Of a stretch of 64,000 bases of DNA, positions 27,901-42,900 are shown in pieces. A model generated the notes under the pieces. It saw only the letters and a program-made list of their open reading frames with translations, did no database searches and was not told the origin of the DNA. The stretch's first letter is position 1, and each line of letters starts with the position of its first letter. The DNA comes from Camelus dromedarius (lineage: Eukaryota), in the NCBI RefSeq assembly GCF_036321535.1, contig NC_087437.1, positions 4,030,001 through 4,094,000 of the forward strand, in the 5' to 3' direction. Position numbers and translations under genes: made by a program.

Positions 27901-30900
27901 ATCCGGCTGGAATGCAACCCCCCAAGGAGATTAAACACTTAGCTTGTGTAAGAGATATGAGCTAAGTCTGAGAAAATAAAGATCAAGAGGTCAGCAAGGA
28001 GTGGGCTAATACAAGAACGACCCCAAGACACATGAGGAGATGCTGGCCTGGACAGCGCCAGTCTGTGAGACAGCCCCTAACCTCAGCTTCTGATCCTTCT
28101 TCACGGACCATACAATCCGTCCATACTGAACCATTTATGGTTCCCTAAACTCGCCGTGATCTCTCTTTATATAACCTGGCTCCTTTCCCTTGGTCATCTG
28201 GAAAACATCTCCTTAATCTGCAAAAGCTAAGCCATACCGCCTCCTCTTTTTTAACTCCATCCTTTCTCCCACCACCCTACCTTGGGCATAATTCTATTCT
28301 GACATTTAGCACATGTCACAGCGCAATTGTTTGCATGAGTCTCCTTTACGAGAATGGGAGCCCTTGAGGCTAGACTTTGTATTTGATTCATCCTTTAACT
28401 TTACACACATGAAGCACTCAGTGAGTGTTTGCCAAGTGAATAAAAGGAATGGTTGATGGGTCATCCAACCGAGATCATGCAGAATAATGAAATTCAATGA
28501 CTATAATACAGATTATACACTGTTATCTTCTGACTACTATTATGGCCTTCCTTGGATTGGCATTAGCATGCTTTTGGCATAAAATGCCCCTGTTAATTTA
28601 GGTGCAGTTGATGCTGTATAGTAATAATCAACATTTATGTAATGCTTATTAAATTTAGGCACTGTTCAAAGCACCTCCATATAGTAAACCATTTAATTTT
28701 CACAACAATTCAATGTGGTAGCTACTATGACTGCTCTTATTTTATAGCAGGAAAAATTGAGGCATAGAGAGGTTAAGTAAATTACACAAGGCCACACAGC
28801 TAGGAAGATCCAAAGCTGGCAATCCAACCCAGGCAGCCTGGCTCCAGACTCTCATGCCCTGGACCACTATGCTGTGCTTTGTAAAAACGGCAACAAATTC
28901 TATTTTGTATTCCAAGTTTGCACTGGATAATTTCAACCTTCCTTGATATTTCCTATGATGCTAGTGATTATCTTACTGAAAAATCTAAGTATGGAAAGAA
29001 TAATTCCAGCTCTCACTGGAATTAGTATTTTTGTGTTTAATTTTCCATTTCTTTTCTAAGCATTGGTTACATTAGTAGAGGACTTTACCATAAACCAAAC
29101 ATAAAGGGACCAAAGGGAGTTATAAAAGAATATGCTATTCCTTTCAAAGTTTTTTCTTCTTTTTCATTGTGCTACGGACTGTATTCTTTTTATATTATAG
29201 CTCTATCCATGGCTGGGTTAGCACACGTTTGATTTCCCCAGAATGCCCCAACGATGTACAAGTTAGCAAGTCTTCAGAACACTGTCAACAGAAATCACAT
29301 CCTTTTCCCCAAGTGTATACCCTAAGGGAAACTTTAAAGCCTGTGATTAGAAAACACTCAGTAATTGCATCCAAGACGTTGGTCTTTGTGCTGTGAGACG
29401 TCATGAAGCCCATGTCAGTGGATTTATAGAGCCAATAAAGAGCCACACTCTCTCCTCTATCTAACTGTGTTTGTCTTCACAGCTTTCCTCTGAAAACAAC
29501 CACTCTGAGATCTAATTCATCACATCCTGAGCAGAAAAAATTCTACCCATCTTTGAAATGGCCCTTTCATGGTGTTGACTAGGGTACTTCAAGAAAAGCA
29601 AGCCAAGAAAGCAAGCCATGCTTTCCAGCCCAATAAATGGAAGAGCTAGACTAGGGAGAGGTGGTGCCTTCTGACCACGTCTGCTGATGCCAAGAGGGTG
29701 AATGATTCATGACTGTGACCAGTCTTGCCAAGGCGAGATTAAAGGGAACTCATCCATAGAAGTCTACTGGAGGGCAAATGAAGTAACTTATTTGAGTAAT
29801 AGCCACTTGGATACAATTTTCGATTCTACAGGAAGGGAATTATCAAGCTCTTTGGATTTCAACCCATCCACATCTCAGTATCTCATATAAACCGATGAGA
29901 TAATCACCACATATATGTTTCCTTTGGCACTGATTTTTTTTTCCAATCCCAATTTGCTGTGCCAACAAGCTTTTAATGATTCAAAGATGTGAATGCCAAA
30001 GAGTTCCTTTTCATCCATTTAGTCCTACAGGAAACTAAGTTTTCAGGCTTTTTGAAGGAGCACATTCATCAACATTAGGAACAAATCTCTTCATGAGCAG
30101 TAATTAATACACTTTAAAATACTGTGTACATGAGATACAAGTTCATGCAAATAGCTTCTTAAAATTTTTGATGATGGACAGATCTACTTGAGTGCTGGGC
30201 CACTGGCCCAGCTGAATTAATGGACACAAAGTAATGGATTCCCAGAGCACAAGTCCCAACTGTGACTCATTCACTCAGTTACTGACTGATTCCTTATCAA
30301 ATGAGTGTTGAGCCTGACTGTGTCAGGCAGCCTGTGATTCTGGACTCCGGGATATGATATAAGCAAGACAAAGTCCTGGCCTTCACAGAGCTGGCCATCT
30401 AGAAGGGAAGACAAACAGCTAAGCAAATAAAGATATTCTTGGGTAGCAGGTAACCAGAGGTTAGGCCATGTAGAGGGACTTGCTACTCAAAGTGTGGTCC
30501 GGGGACCAGCAGCAGCAGCATCACCTGCAAGCTGGTGGGAAAAGTGTGGAATCTCAAGCCCCACCCCAGACCTACTGCATCAGAGCCTGCATTTTAACAA
30601 GTTCTCTGTGTGATTATCATGCACTTTGAAGCTGGAGTGTTGCTGATGCTGGACCGTCACTCCCAGCGCTGGGCCGGTGTATCAGAATCACCCGGGAGAA
30701 TTCTGGTTTCAGTGATCTGGGGAGGGTTCTGGCGGTGGAGTGTTCCACAGCCGGCCCAGGGGATTCTCCCGTGTAGCTAGTTGAGGAACACAGAAGTAGG
30801 CTGTATTCTGGGTGTGAGGGGAAGCCCGGAGGCTGGGGCTCAGGGGAGTCACATGACCTCGTTTACACAGAGGAGGAATTCTTAACTTCACAGTAATGGC

Positions 30901-33900
30901 TGAGCTGCTGGGGCAAAGGGGGCTAGAAAACGTCTCCCACCTCGGTGTCTGACAGAAGGACACCCGCTCTGCAAGACAGGGACCAGAACGCAACGGGGCC
31001 ACCACCTGGTGCACTGCAGTCAAACCTTGTACAAGTTGCTGGCTCAGAGGCCCTAAGTAACTCCGCCTGCAGGGAGGACCCCACCAGCAGAGACACGCTG
31101 AAGCCCAGACCCAAGCCAGATGCAGTCATTTCTCTCATCACCTACCTGGGGTCCTTTACTTCCCAGACTTCCTTTCTCTCCTTTCACACCAGGCTCTCCT
31201 CTTGGGCCCTGCATGCAGAGAATTAGAGCATTACTCTCTCGCTGAAAGAGAACGCTACGATGTTAACCTGAATATTAAAAACAGAAATGCTAAGTCAGTC
31301 ACATGGGCAGAAATTGGAAAGAAAGAGAACTCCATGCATGCCTTTGGGTCTACCTTGATCGGTCGAGTATCTCCCCCTCTTGGCAAGGATACAAGGGGTC
31401 AATCCAGTGTTTAGACGGTTGGGCATTTGCAGTCAAAGTGAAGAAATACTGAACAGTTGAGTTTCACAGTACTGCTTTCTTTTTTTTTTCTTCTCTTATT
31501 TCTTTTAACTTTTTTTTGAGGGGAGAGGGATAATTAGGTTTACTTATTTATTCATTTATTTTTAATGGAGGGACTGGGGATTGAGCCCAGTGTGCACTGT
31601 CCCACTGAGCTCTACCTCCTCCTATATTGCTTTCTAATTATCCTGAGCATCTTTGTATTCCAAATGCATCTGCTTGTTATGTTAAAAAATTAATTCTTAC
31701 TTATGTAAACCTGACACTGAGATAATTAAATGGATTTTCTATTTAATAACCACACCGAAGACTGGTCATAAATACGACATCGCCCTTGGTGAGATGAAAC
31801 TCGGATAATGCTACTTCCGGAATATGACGTTGCCTGTTAAATCTGGCTTCCATACATCATGCAGAGACCTTCATGCTGCGTTTGGTTTTTCGTATCTCCT
31901 TTTAAGTTATGTCATAAAAAAGAGAGTCTATAAAATGGCAAAAGTGATATATTACTTGTTCAGCCTCAAATAAAGCCAGCCAGCCTATTGAAATACTTCC
32001 CCACAATCCCAGTGGCAAATATTTCTCACTTGAAGGTAAGAAAAATCAACTTTCCTTGGCTACCAAGTGAGACAAAGAAAAGCAATCACGTTGGAAAGAG
32101 ATGGAAGTCCCGGAGGCAGACTGTTTTCTGTTCTGCAATTTTGATAAAATGTGGATTGAGTTTCTTCTTTGATGTCTTAAAGGACAGTCTGCCCAGCTTC
32201 TAGGCACCCAGCTGCCAACATATGATAGTTACTTCAATTTCTTTTAGCTCCATGGATTAAAACTTTGAAAAATGACAGAAAACTTGCTTGTCTTGCATTC
32301 GACAAAGAGTAAGTTTATTTCTCAAGGTTTCGAGAGTCAAAGTTTGGAAAGGAAAAAATATTCTAAGTTTCCTATAGTCTAGCCTTCTTTCTCTCGTCTC
32401 AGCATTTTCTAGGACATCCCTTCCTCTCTTGTTCTTTTGGCTGCATTTTGCTCTTTCTGGCACATGCTTCCTTGCCCCTCGTGCAATCAGTGTAAGAGCC
32501 AACCTCAGCTTCTTCCTTGCAAAGGAAAACGTACTGAGGCAGCTCCCTGGACAAGGAAGCTCAAAAGGTACCCTACTGCACATGTCAGCCGCACTGGGGA
32601 CAATGCATTCCCAGGGTGGAGCCAATTTTTCTACATCACAGGCATCCAGGTAAGTAACACTGAGCTCTCGCTCTGCTAAATTGACCCAAATTCCCATTTT
32701 TGAGGCTCAACTTTGTCCTTGGATCCAAGTCTCCCTAGAATGCCCTCACTAGCCTGGACCCATCACACAGGGACCACTGTCCAGTGTGTGCAGTTTCTTT
32801 TTACCTCTTGACTGGAATGAACCTCAAGACAGCATTGGGTCTCCTTTATCTAAGTCAGGACGGCTGTCATTTCCTTCCTCTATCACCCTGAAGACACTTG
32901 AAATGTCTAATTCTGCAAGAAGGGTTGAGGGATTCTCTCAAAGCTGTAGATTCTTCCTTCTGTCCTCACAGCCTGATTAGTCTGGATACGTACCTGAGGG
33001 CCCTTAAGTCCCAGGGAGCCTGCAAGTCCATCTGGGCCCGGGGTGCCTGCTTCCCCCTGTGGTGAGAGAGCATCCAACTATTACCACCGTTTCCTAAGAA
33101 TTCTGTCTCCTTCATGAGTGTGATTCTAAATTTTTTCAATCATAATGGCAGTGCAGAATCTTTGCAAAAAATATGAAAAATAAAGGGAAATCCAAGAGAA
33201 TAAAAATCTTCCATAATATCATCAAGCAGAGAAAACCACAAACTAGTATGTCAGTGTATTTGCTCTCAGTCTTCATACACAGGGGCACACACATACACTC
33301 CCTTCTTTTCCTTGTCCTATACTGTATCAAACTTGGGTGTTTGGCCTGAAAAAACCCACAATTCACATTTTCTTCAAACATCTCCAGGCATCTTACATTA
33401 TCTTTATACTCAAATAGATAAAACACCTAGGGATCAAAAGTTGAGCATTCCTTTTGCACTGCCCTTGAACTCTGCCGCAGAGAAGGAATCCAAATAAGAT
33501 TAAAAAGGTTCATTTGGACTATAGGGGAGCCTAAATTTCTCTCAGTGGTTGCACAGTTAGATGAGATTAACTGGCCCCCTCTGATGCCTTTTCTTAGAAA
33601 TCAGAAAGAGGAAACTTCTCAACACCTTCTCTCCTCAATCTCATCTCATTGAGTTCATGCCATTTTTCTGGATTTGCTCTGTTTTGCTGCAACAGTCTAA
33701 CCTTGAGTTGTGTGTGTGTGTGTGTGTGTGTGTGTATTTCTTCATCTTCGTCTATCTGGAAACGTCTATTTTGTAGCCACTCATAGTCTAGCTAGGTATA
33801 AAATTCTAAGTTAAGTGACTTTTCTTCTACATCTGCAAAATATTACTTTGTTGTTTTTTTGACATGTATTATTGTTGAACAGAAGTCTGCTGCAACCTAT

Positions 33901-36900
33901 TTGGTTATTCTTTTCATGGGTAAGAATCTCTCTTCTCTCTGGTAGTTTAAGATCTTTTCTTAACCTTCCAGAGTTGTACCATGATGTGACTGAGTAGATT
34001 CATTACTTATCCTCATTGCATTTTCAATATGAGGATGTGTGTTTCCTCAATTTTGTAAAATTCCAGGTCACTGCTCTTTCATAAATATTGTAGGTCCATG
34101 AAGCATGTGTAACATACCACCAACATATACAAAGGGGATATAACATGACAGTTTGTAGAGTCGACTTTTGAACAAAACATTCGGGTAATCCAGTCTGTAT
34201 TAGACTCTCTTGGTTTAAAAGGGGTTTATGCAAATTATAAGTAAGGTTTCAGAGTTAACTGAAAATCTGAAAGGCATTGAGTTACTAGACTTTATACTTG
34301 AATCCAAAAACAAAGTTAAATCGAACAATTTGGCCAAATATTGTCTCTTATCATTAATTAGTATTGTTTTTGATTGAAGTGCCCAAGATTTAATTTTCTT
34401 TTAAGATTTAAGTTCTTTAGGTTGTAGCCTAAACATTTTCCAGCACTTAATTCCATAAGCAATAGTATCAAAGAGTGAAAGAATCTTAGGCTTGGAAGAG
34501 ACTCAGAGCCTTTATTCCAGTTCCTTGGCTGGATTCAGAGATTTTATCATTTGCAGTTAAGAAAAAAGTTGCTGTACCTGTGGGCCTGTATGTCCCCTCC
34601 GGCCATGAGCTGTCTAAGATAGGAAAAGGAGGTAGATATAATTAACTTGGAAGAAAAAATGCCTTTTTATGTTTAAATTAGTAACAGACACCTTAAGGCA
34701 CTGACATTGAATGAAAAAGTTCCCACATACTGCTTTAAGTTTATCCACTGCACTGTGAAAGCAAAATGTTGCCCACTTGGGCAACAGATAATTAAAATCA
34801 CAGACAATGGAAATCTATGGACATTTGTGAGACCAGACCGTGGTCAATAGTTCATCCCCCACTTAGCCAGTACTAGAGCTAGTCACAAGCTCCAAAACTG
34901 TTGAATCTGAATTTTCTTTCTTTTCATTTTTCCAAAGGACTACCAAGCAAGCCAGAAATCTGAGGCAGAAGTGGCCAAAAGGCAGGAGGCCAGAGGAAGC
35001 AGTGGAGAACTGACTTCGTGAACTTTCTAACAGATTAATTTCAGAAGCTAAAGATAGCTAAACTAATTTTATCACCCTCCCCTTGAAGATGACAAACACA
35101 CTTACCTGTCAGAAATGAAAGAATCATCTTAAGCATTCAAAAGTTACTCAATTCAGCAGGTTAATAAAATATCCAATTAAAAAATGACACTACCAGATCA
35201 GGTGGATTTTTCCTACTATTCTCACATATAAGGTTAAGATCAGAGTATATTCTAGATCAATATTTCATAAATCTGGAAATCAAGAGACAAAGCCATTTTA
35301 CTGTCTAATTTAGGGCCTCTCTGTAAGGTTACAGGAAGACTGACATCCAGGATTTGCAAAATTCAATCAATATCAGACAACATTTTCTTGATGGAAATTT
35401 ATTTGAGACATTCAGCTCAAATTTCTATGTTGAGGCCAGTACTGCAGACTTTAAATTCTTCCAATCATATTTCAGTCAAAATCTAGTATTATTTAGATGA
35501 CAGACTGTTTATCTGGGGAAATGGTTGGAGGCCTAATTCTTTAAAACCTGATGAGTCATTTTGAAAGTCTAAACCCCCCCCTATCAGAGGGAGGAAAAGC
35601 GGCTCCCTTTACTTTTCTCACACAAGGGTTTGTCTGTTCTGGTTCCATTCACTTCCATTTCATTCAGAAAAATATCTACCCGGGATGTACTTCCCACAAA
35701 GCGTATTGGACGGGAACCACAGGAGCGTAAAGTTGACACACACATACATACACACACAGCTCTTGACCTCAGGGGACCCTCACTCTTTGGGGTGGGTAGG
35801 GATAAATATTACAAATATTTATAAGGCAGAATATGGCAAATGCTATAAGAAAGGGCAAGATAGAAACAAGGGTTTCAAAGAAAGCAATCATACCCAATTG
35901 GTCCAATCAGGAAAATCTTCCTAGAGGAAGAGAATTTTGAGATGGGTTTCACAGGACGTGTAGGAGTTCCACAGGTAGAGGATGAGAGAAGTCTTTTTAG
36001 CAGAGGACACAGCCTAAGCAGTGAAGTAGGGGCAGGAAGCTAGGAAATACATTTGATGGTGGCAAGTCTTGCCAAGGATATGAGAAAAGGGGAGTAGGAC
36101 GGTTACTAGGCTGAGAATACTAGACTGAAGGGTTCTTACACCATTTAGTAGGAGAAACCTCTGTGGTTGTTGGAACAAGAAATGTAGGTGCCTAGACCTA
36201 GGCTTTCGGTGGATACATCTGGCTGTGGTAGGAACGACTGAACGCAACCTTGTATTCAGGCAAAATAAGGGCTATAAAACAGGCCTTTTTATCCCCAAAT
36301 CTCTGGTCTACTGTCTGTGGTTGAAACACAAGCAATAAGCATTTGTTTTCTGTGTCTTTACAGCTTGACTTTGGAAGAGCTTGAGTAAAATGAATCATCT
36401 CAACCCATTTATTGACCTGCTCCCTGAGAGGCACTGGGATGAGTGCTGAGTGAAAACTGACTCCGGCCCCTGGGCAGGGCTTGAAAGCCTAATGGAAGAG
36501 ACAGTCTTTGATCTTCCATTCACGCAAATAATGGGAACACCCCCGAAGCCATTGCCTAGCACGTCTTTCAGTGGCTACTCGGCTTTCAACTCCAAAGTCA
36601 TGAGCAGGTGCGAGAGACACACAGAAAACGGGGAAATGGCTTCACAGCGTTGCTTCCAATTTTCAAGTGTTTTAGATGGGAACGGTGAAATCCCCACATG
36701 CCGTAATGGGTTGCCCGAGGGCTTGCAGTGGGCTGGTTACAGAGCCAGACAGCCTGCTGTCCTGGTGAAAGGGAATGTCAACAGGCTCATCAAGAAGAAA
36801 ATCTCCCCCAAAGACAACCTGAGGGTAAAAGGACCCAGAGCAGGGTCGTCAGTCCCTCCACCCACTAAGCCCTGGCTTTCTGGTGGTTTATCAGGGTCCA

Positions 36901-39900
36901 CTTTCCTGGAGAGGTGTGGACTGATTTGGAACACAGAATCCCCAGAAAAAAAGCGGGACGTTCTTAACAGTAAAACATCACAGTGATACTCAGTCTTAAC
37001 AGCAAGCTCATTCACAATGATGAATGCCCGTCCTAGAGTGCTTCTAGGATTCACAGTGATGAATGACCCTGCCTAACGCAGTGCTGAGAGAGAGAGGAAA
37101 AGGGCAAAGCACAAGGAGCAGCTCTCAGCTCTGGAGAGGACAGAGGTCCTGCTGTAGTTTGAGGCTACAATTCCTTCTCATTGCCCATGCCACAGCAATC
37201 TAGTCTCATTCTTAGTGAAGTTTGGCTCAGAAAGAGCCAACCCCCCATTCCTGCCCCTCCTGCCCCCCAAGGACGGCAGCTTTCTGGCTCTGATCCCCCC
37301 CCCCCGCCGCCCCAACTCCTTGCAGAGCAACAAAACAGCTTGTCAGCCCCAGAGAGACTCTACAACAGTGGTTTCTCCACTGCAAGAGGCGGATTTAGCA
37401 ACCCCCTTCCCTGGGAACATCTGGCAATGTCCAGAGATTTTTCACTGTCACAAATCAGGGGGGCTACTGGCACCAAGCGGGTAGAGCCCCAGGAAGATAC
37501 TGGAGATCCTACAATGGACAAGGTGGCTCCCACAACAGAGGGTTATTCAGCCCAAATGTCACTATCAGACTGAGACGCCACGCCCTACAACATGATCCTA
37601 AGTCCCTGAGAGCAAAGGTTATGTCTTAGTTGAGTCTGTAGCTCTGGTAGTTAGAGCTGCTGAGCCGTTGTGGGTGCTCAGCGGATGTTCACCAAATGCA
37701 CAGAGGTCGGATTTAGTCAACTGCTCTTATTTCTATCTATGCCACCCCCTACCACTGGCCACCCTCCTACCTCCGGCCACCATCCTACCACTGGCCACCA
37801 CCCACCACTAGCCATCCTCCAATCATTTATCTGTTCAACAGAATTTTACTGCACTCAACCCTCGATGCTTGTTATCTACCTATTTATCTTAGAGTTTTGT
37901 AGTCAGTGGTACAGATTTTTCTTTCTAAAAGAATGACTTTACTGGTATTGTACAAAATGATACATACAGATTTTTAAATATTCAAATGCAGAAAAGACAC
38001 AGTAAAATTTAAAAGTCATCCCAAATCCTCCATTTAGAAATAATTATTATTAACATTTGGTAATCGTAATTTCTGACGTCTTCCTGTGCATACTTAGAGT
38101 TCTGAACAGTGGTACTTTTGATTAAAACAAGCATGCTATTCATGCTATTCTAAAATTAAGATATTACAAGTAATTTCACTTGGATTTAACAGAAGAAAAA
38201 AATAAAACTGGAAATGTCAAGTGGTAACATTTCTTGACAATAAGAGATACACAGTCCCCAAAAGAGGAACAAATGATTATTTAAAAAAAAAAAAAAGAGG
38301 AGGTTTGGTTATGCTCTGAGTATATCTTAGCTTGTGGTGATGTTTAGACACTCACTCCCTACAATGAAAGGTGAGGACATGGTATACCTTCTCCAAATCT
38401 ACAGTGCCGCTGGATTTTTAACTCACGACTACAGCAGCGACTTTTAGATCCATCTGATTTTCCTGCTCCAGCTGCGGGGTGTCAGTTCTCCAAAGTCTCC
38501 CTCATTAGGATCCAGATTTTAAAGTCGTTGGCCAATATTGGTCAACATGTGTGGTTTGAAGTTGTCGTCATTCTTTGTTAATCTACTTTTAATTTCCTTT
38601 GTTGTTTCTGGTGAGTTGCACAGAAAAGGGAGTTGTATAAAGAACACCGTGACTTTGCCATCTTCAGCTGGAAGTGTGCTGTTGCTCCCAAAGGACACTG
38701 CTCAATCTATAACCCGAGATGGGGCTGCATTTCTTAGGAGTTACATGGTTTAAACAATACATTGTGATCCTGCATTCGCCTCTACAGAGATTAGAACCTC
38801 TATAAGACAATACATCTCCCACGCCAGGATTTTTTGGATGACAGTCTTTAAGTTCAAAATATTTTCCTGAGATATGTAAACGGGTTACACCCTTTTAGAA
38901 AGGGAAATAAATTGCAAATGTATTTTTTAAATCTTGAGATGCACTAAAAAGTGCTTTCCCAACTATTAAATTCTGTGCATTTTAAACATCATCTGTTCTT
39001 ATTTCTATTTTGTCTGCCTTGCAGAGAGGAAGAGTGTGTTCCAAGAAACAGAAAATATTTTCCCAATGGAGCATAATGGCTGGGTCTCTGAACTTCTGCT
39101 CAGAAAATACAATGTATCATAAATGCAATATATTAAACTAGTTTTTATTTCTGCTCAATTTAAAAATTAAACTAATGAAGAATGGGAAGAAAATGTTGCC
39201 CAATGAGGAAAGACAGGTCTAATTTAGAACCCACCGCAGGCATTTAAGTGTATTTCATTCAAGCTATCTCTTCTCAGTGAATGAAGAATCTCTTATAATC
39301 TCAGTCCTCTTTTAAGAAGTCAAGCACAGAATCTTTCTAAAAAAGTACTTGAACAACAACGAAACAACAAAGACCCTAAAAGTTTCCATAAGTGACCGAA
39401 TTTTGCTGTCAGATATATATTTTTATAGGCATGTATAATATATAATCTTTTCAACAATATGGAGGTTCCTTAAAAAATTAAATGCCTAACTACCATATGA
39501 CCCAGCAATTTCACTTCTGGGTATTTATCCAAAGGAAGTAAAAATACTAATTCAAAAAGCTATGCCCGCCATGTTCACTGAAACATTATTTATGATAGCC
39601 AAGAAATAGAAGTGACCTAGGTTTCCACTGATGGATGAATAAATAAAGAAACTGTGGTATATATGTATATATATAATATACATATACACACACACACACA
39701 CACAACATTATTCAGCCATAAAAAAGGAACTCTTGCCATTTGTGATGTGGATGGACCCTGATGGTATTATGCTAAGTTAAGTAAGTCAGAGACAGACAAA
39801 CACTGTATGATCTCACTTATATGCAGAATCTTAAAAAGAAAATCAACCCAACTCATAGACACAGAGAACAGATTAGCGGTGGCCAGAGGCTAGCGGTAGG

Positions 39901-42900
39901 GGTGGGGTGAGATGGGTGGAGAAAGTCAAAAGATATGAACTTCCAGTAATAAAATAATTGAGTCACGGGATGTAACATACAGCATGGTGACTATAGTTAA
40001 TACTACGATAGCGTATATATAAAAGTTGCCAAGAGAGTAGATCTTAAAAAGTTTTCATCACAAGGAAAAAAAAAATCCATTCACTACGGATTCGTGGTGA
40101 CGGATGTTAACTAGACGTGCTAGTCGAATGGTGGTCATTTTGCAATACGTACATATATTAAATCACTATGTTGTACGCCTGAAACTAATATAATGTTATC
40201 TATCAATTATATCTCAATAAAATGTATCTAATATTTTAAAATTTAGCACAAATAAGAAGTAGTTTATATATTGCATTTTTCATGCACCGCATTTTCTGAG
40301 CACAAGTTCACATAGAATCAGTTCGTAAGACTGCAGTACTCCTTCCAAGACAGCACTCTCGTATCCTGGAACATACTGCTCATCTTTGCGAAGCAGAGAA
40401 AATGGAAGGTAGGAGACAGGACTCCCACCAGGACTGACTTTTTAAGTCACCCTGAAACCTGGCAGAGGAATGGAGCTTTGGGCTTGAGACCTCAGTTGGC
40501 CTAGTGACTAAACCAAACCTTGCCCTCTCTTCCCCTAGTCGGCTACTTTGCCGGTCTCTCTTCCCAGCTCTTTCTTCTGACCGGCAATGTCCCCTGTAGC
40601 CAGCACCTTCCTGCCTCGGCCCCGGGAGCCTCCCCTCCCCAAGTCCTCCGCCAGCTCTGTCCTGAGTCAATCCCCCCCAAGGTCGTGGGCCCCCCCCCAC
40701 CAGCCCCCACCCCCACAATCAGCCATTTCACCCCCACACAGGCCGCGGGGCGGGGGCTCCTTGTCTACGAGGACTCTTACTGTCTTTCTTCTGGAGCCCG
40801 GTGTTCCTGGGGGGCCTGGCCAGCCTCTTCTCCCCTGTCGAAGGAACAGAGACGTATGACAGTCAATGCACAGCACTGGCACGTGTGCTCTTCCCCAGCA
40901 GCGTGTTGTGCTCCAGGGGCGGTGGCTGGGTACACGTCAGGTCCAGCGTTGCCCTCCTTGTGGAATGTGGCCGTACTCTCACCCGCCATAAATCACACCT
41001 CACGGGGCCATGAGGACTACGGGACAAGATGCTGGTCGCCTGGCCTCATCCGTCCACTGCCACCATCCAACTTGTGTTTGGGCTGTAAGTTGGCCGATTT
41101 CAACCAAACTGTCCCCACCATATTGCCACAGAGTGAATACAGAAGCATGCCACATATCAGGGATGGTTCCTACTGGCCTGGATTTCTACCTTTGGATTTC
41201 TTGTTCTATTTGGCTAACTTGTGTCGATTAACACCCTAATGTGAGTAAAATCTCACCATACACACAACTCTTCCCAAGATAGACAAAGGGAGAGTGTAAT
41301 TATGAGTCTCTCGTGAGACTTACATTTACCACTGGAGGGTATAGCTCAGGGGTAAAGTGTGTGCTTAGCACACACAAGGTCCTGGGTTCAATCCCCAGTA
41401 CTTCCATTAAAAATAAATAAATCTAATTACCTACCCCCCCAAAAAACCCTGAACCCCAAAAAAGATCACTAAAAAAGAAAAAGAATGCTAAGGAAGTTAC
41501 ATTTTAAAAAAAAGGTGGCTGGAAACATTTACTGAAGGTTTAAGACGTAGCAGGGTCTGTCACTGAGTTCTCACCATAACCTTCTAAAGTAGCCTATCTG
41601 TCCTATGTTGCAGGTTTACAGAAAGTAGCCTGTTCGGGAACAGAGCATGAAACGGTATCTCGGCCTCTTCCCAGAGCAAGGCTCTTTCCATCGCATCAGA
41701 CCCCTGCCTGTTCGGGAACAGAGCATGAAATGGTACCTTGGCCTCTTCCCAGAGCATCAGACCCCTCCCCCAGGGGGAGTCCCTAAGGAACTTCCTCACC
41801 AAGGAGACCCAGAGACACATTTTCCAGATACTTTTTTTTTTTTTTTTTTTTTTTTTACAATTCCCCCAAACAATTTAAGATGATCAAATTGTGACTTGTG
41901 AGATTTCATGGGATTAATCTCAAGACACTTGCCCTGAGTGTGTGGGCTGGACAGATGGACCAGGTCTTGTTCTTCTTATCATATACTACAAATAATATGG
42001 TATCTTTATAGGTACACGTCCTCTGGATCCTGGAAAGACCAACCAGTTTTTTGCTAGTGCTCTCTGTTACCCAGCCCTACATCTTAAGTTAGAGTTTAGA
42101 TACTTGAATTCATAAATTAAGATCTCAAGGGGAGGACCTGGTGAAGCAAGTCACCCAAATTCAGGAGAGAATGTTTCTTAAGCCCCAGAGGAGCAGATAA
42201 GGAGGAGTAAGAGATCTTTCTGCTCCTAAAAAATTGTTTTTCAGTATCAAGCACATCCACTCTGACTCCAAATTCTGTACATGCATTTCACATTCCATCG
42301 CTAGAACCCCAAGCCTCACGCTGGTCACATGGTTACAAGTTTACTTCCAAATGCCCACGTAGTTACTTCTCTTCCACGTTCTCCTTTCAAGCCCGTGGGT
42401 CCTTCTATGCTATTGTCAAATCCAGGAACGCCCTAAAAAATAGAAAATAGAGAGAAAGCATTAATAGGCCTGGAACATTTTTCCTTAAAAATGCAATGTA
42501 TAACCCATCTTGACATCCTCCCAAAAAGTGACAAGAGAAGGCCCACTCATTTGAAAACAGAAAAAGATTAAAGTTATCAACGGTTTACAAGTGTTTTCTT
42601 CTCCTCTTGTGCTCTGTATGATCGGAAGAGATGAGGGGAATGTGTGGGGTACAGAGAACAGTCACTGTGGGAGGCACAGCCAAGGGACTTAAGGTGACAG
42701 GGCTTGTGGGAAGGACAACCCTTGTTTGTTTATTTATGTATTTAATGGAGGTACTGGGGATTGAACCCAGAACCTCATGCATGCTAGGCATGCACTCTAC
42801 CACTGAGCTATACCTTCCCCCCAGAAAGGACAACTCTTATCCTGGGTCTACAGGTTCTACCATCCTTCCTTGTAACTTCCGACTTCTTTATCCAGTCATC

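Noticed and set aside
37900..38830. Possible processed pseudogene or conserved element
   Set aside because: No sustained ORF, poly-A or TSD; the left part resembles an old antisense L1M 3' region. Unresolved without a database search.
40520..41239. 239-aa plus-strand ORF
   Set aside because: Non-ATG start in a GC-rich stretch antisense to exon 40781-40834; no domain recognised.
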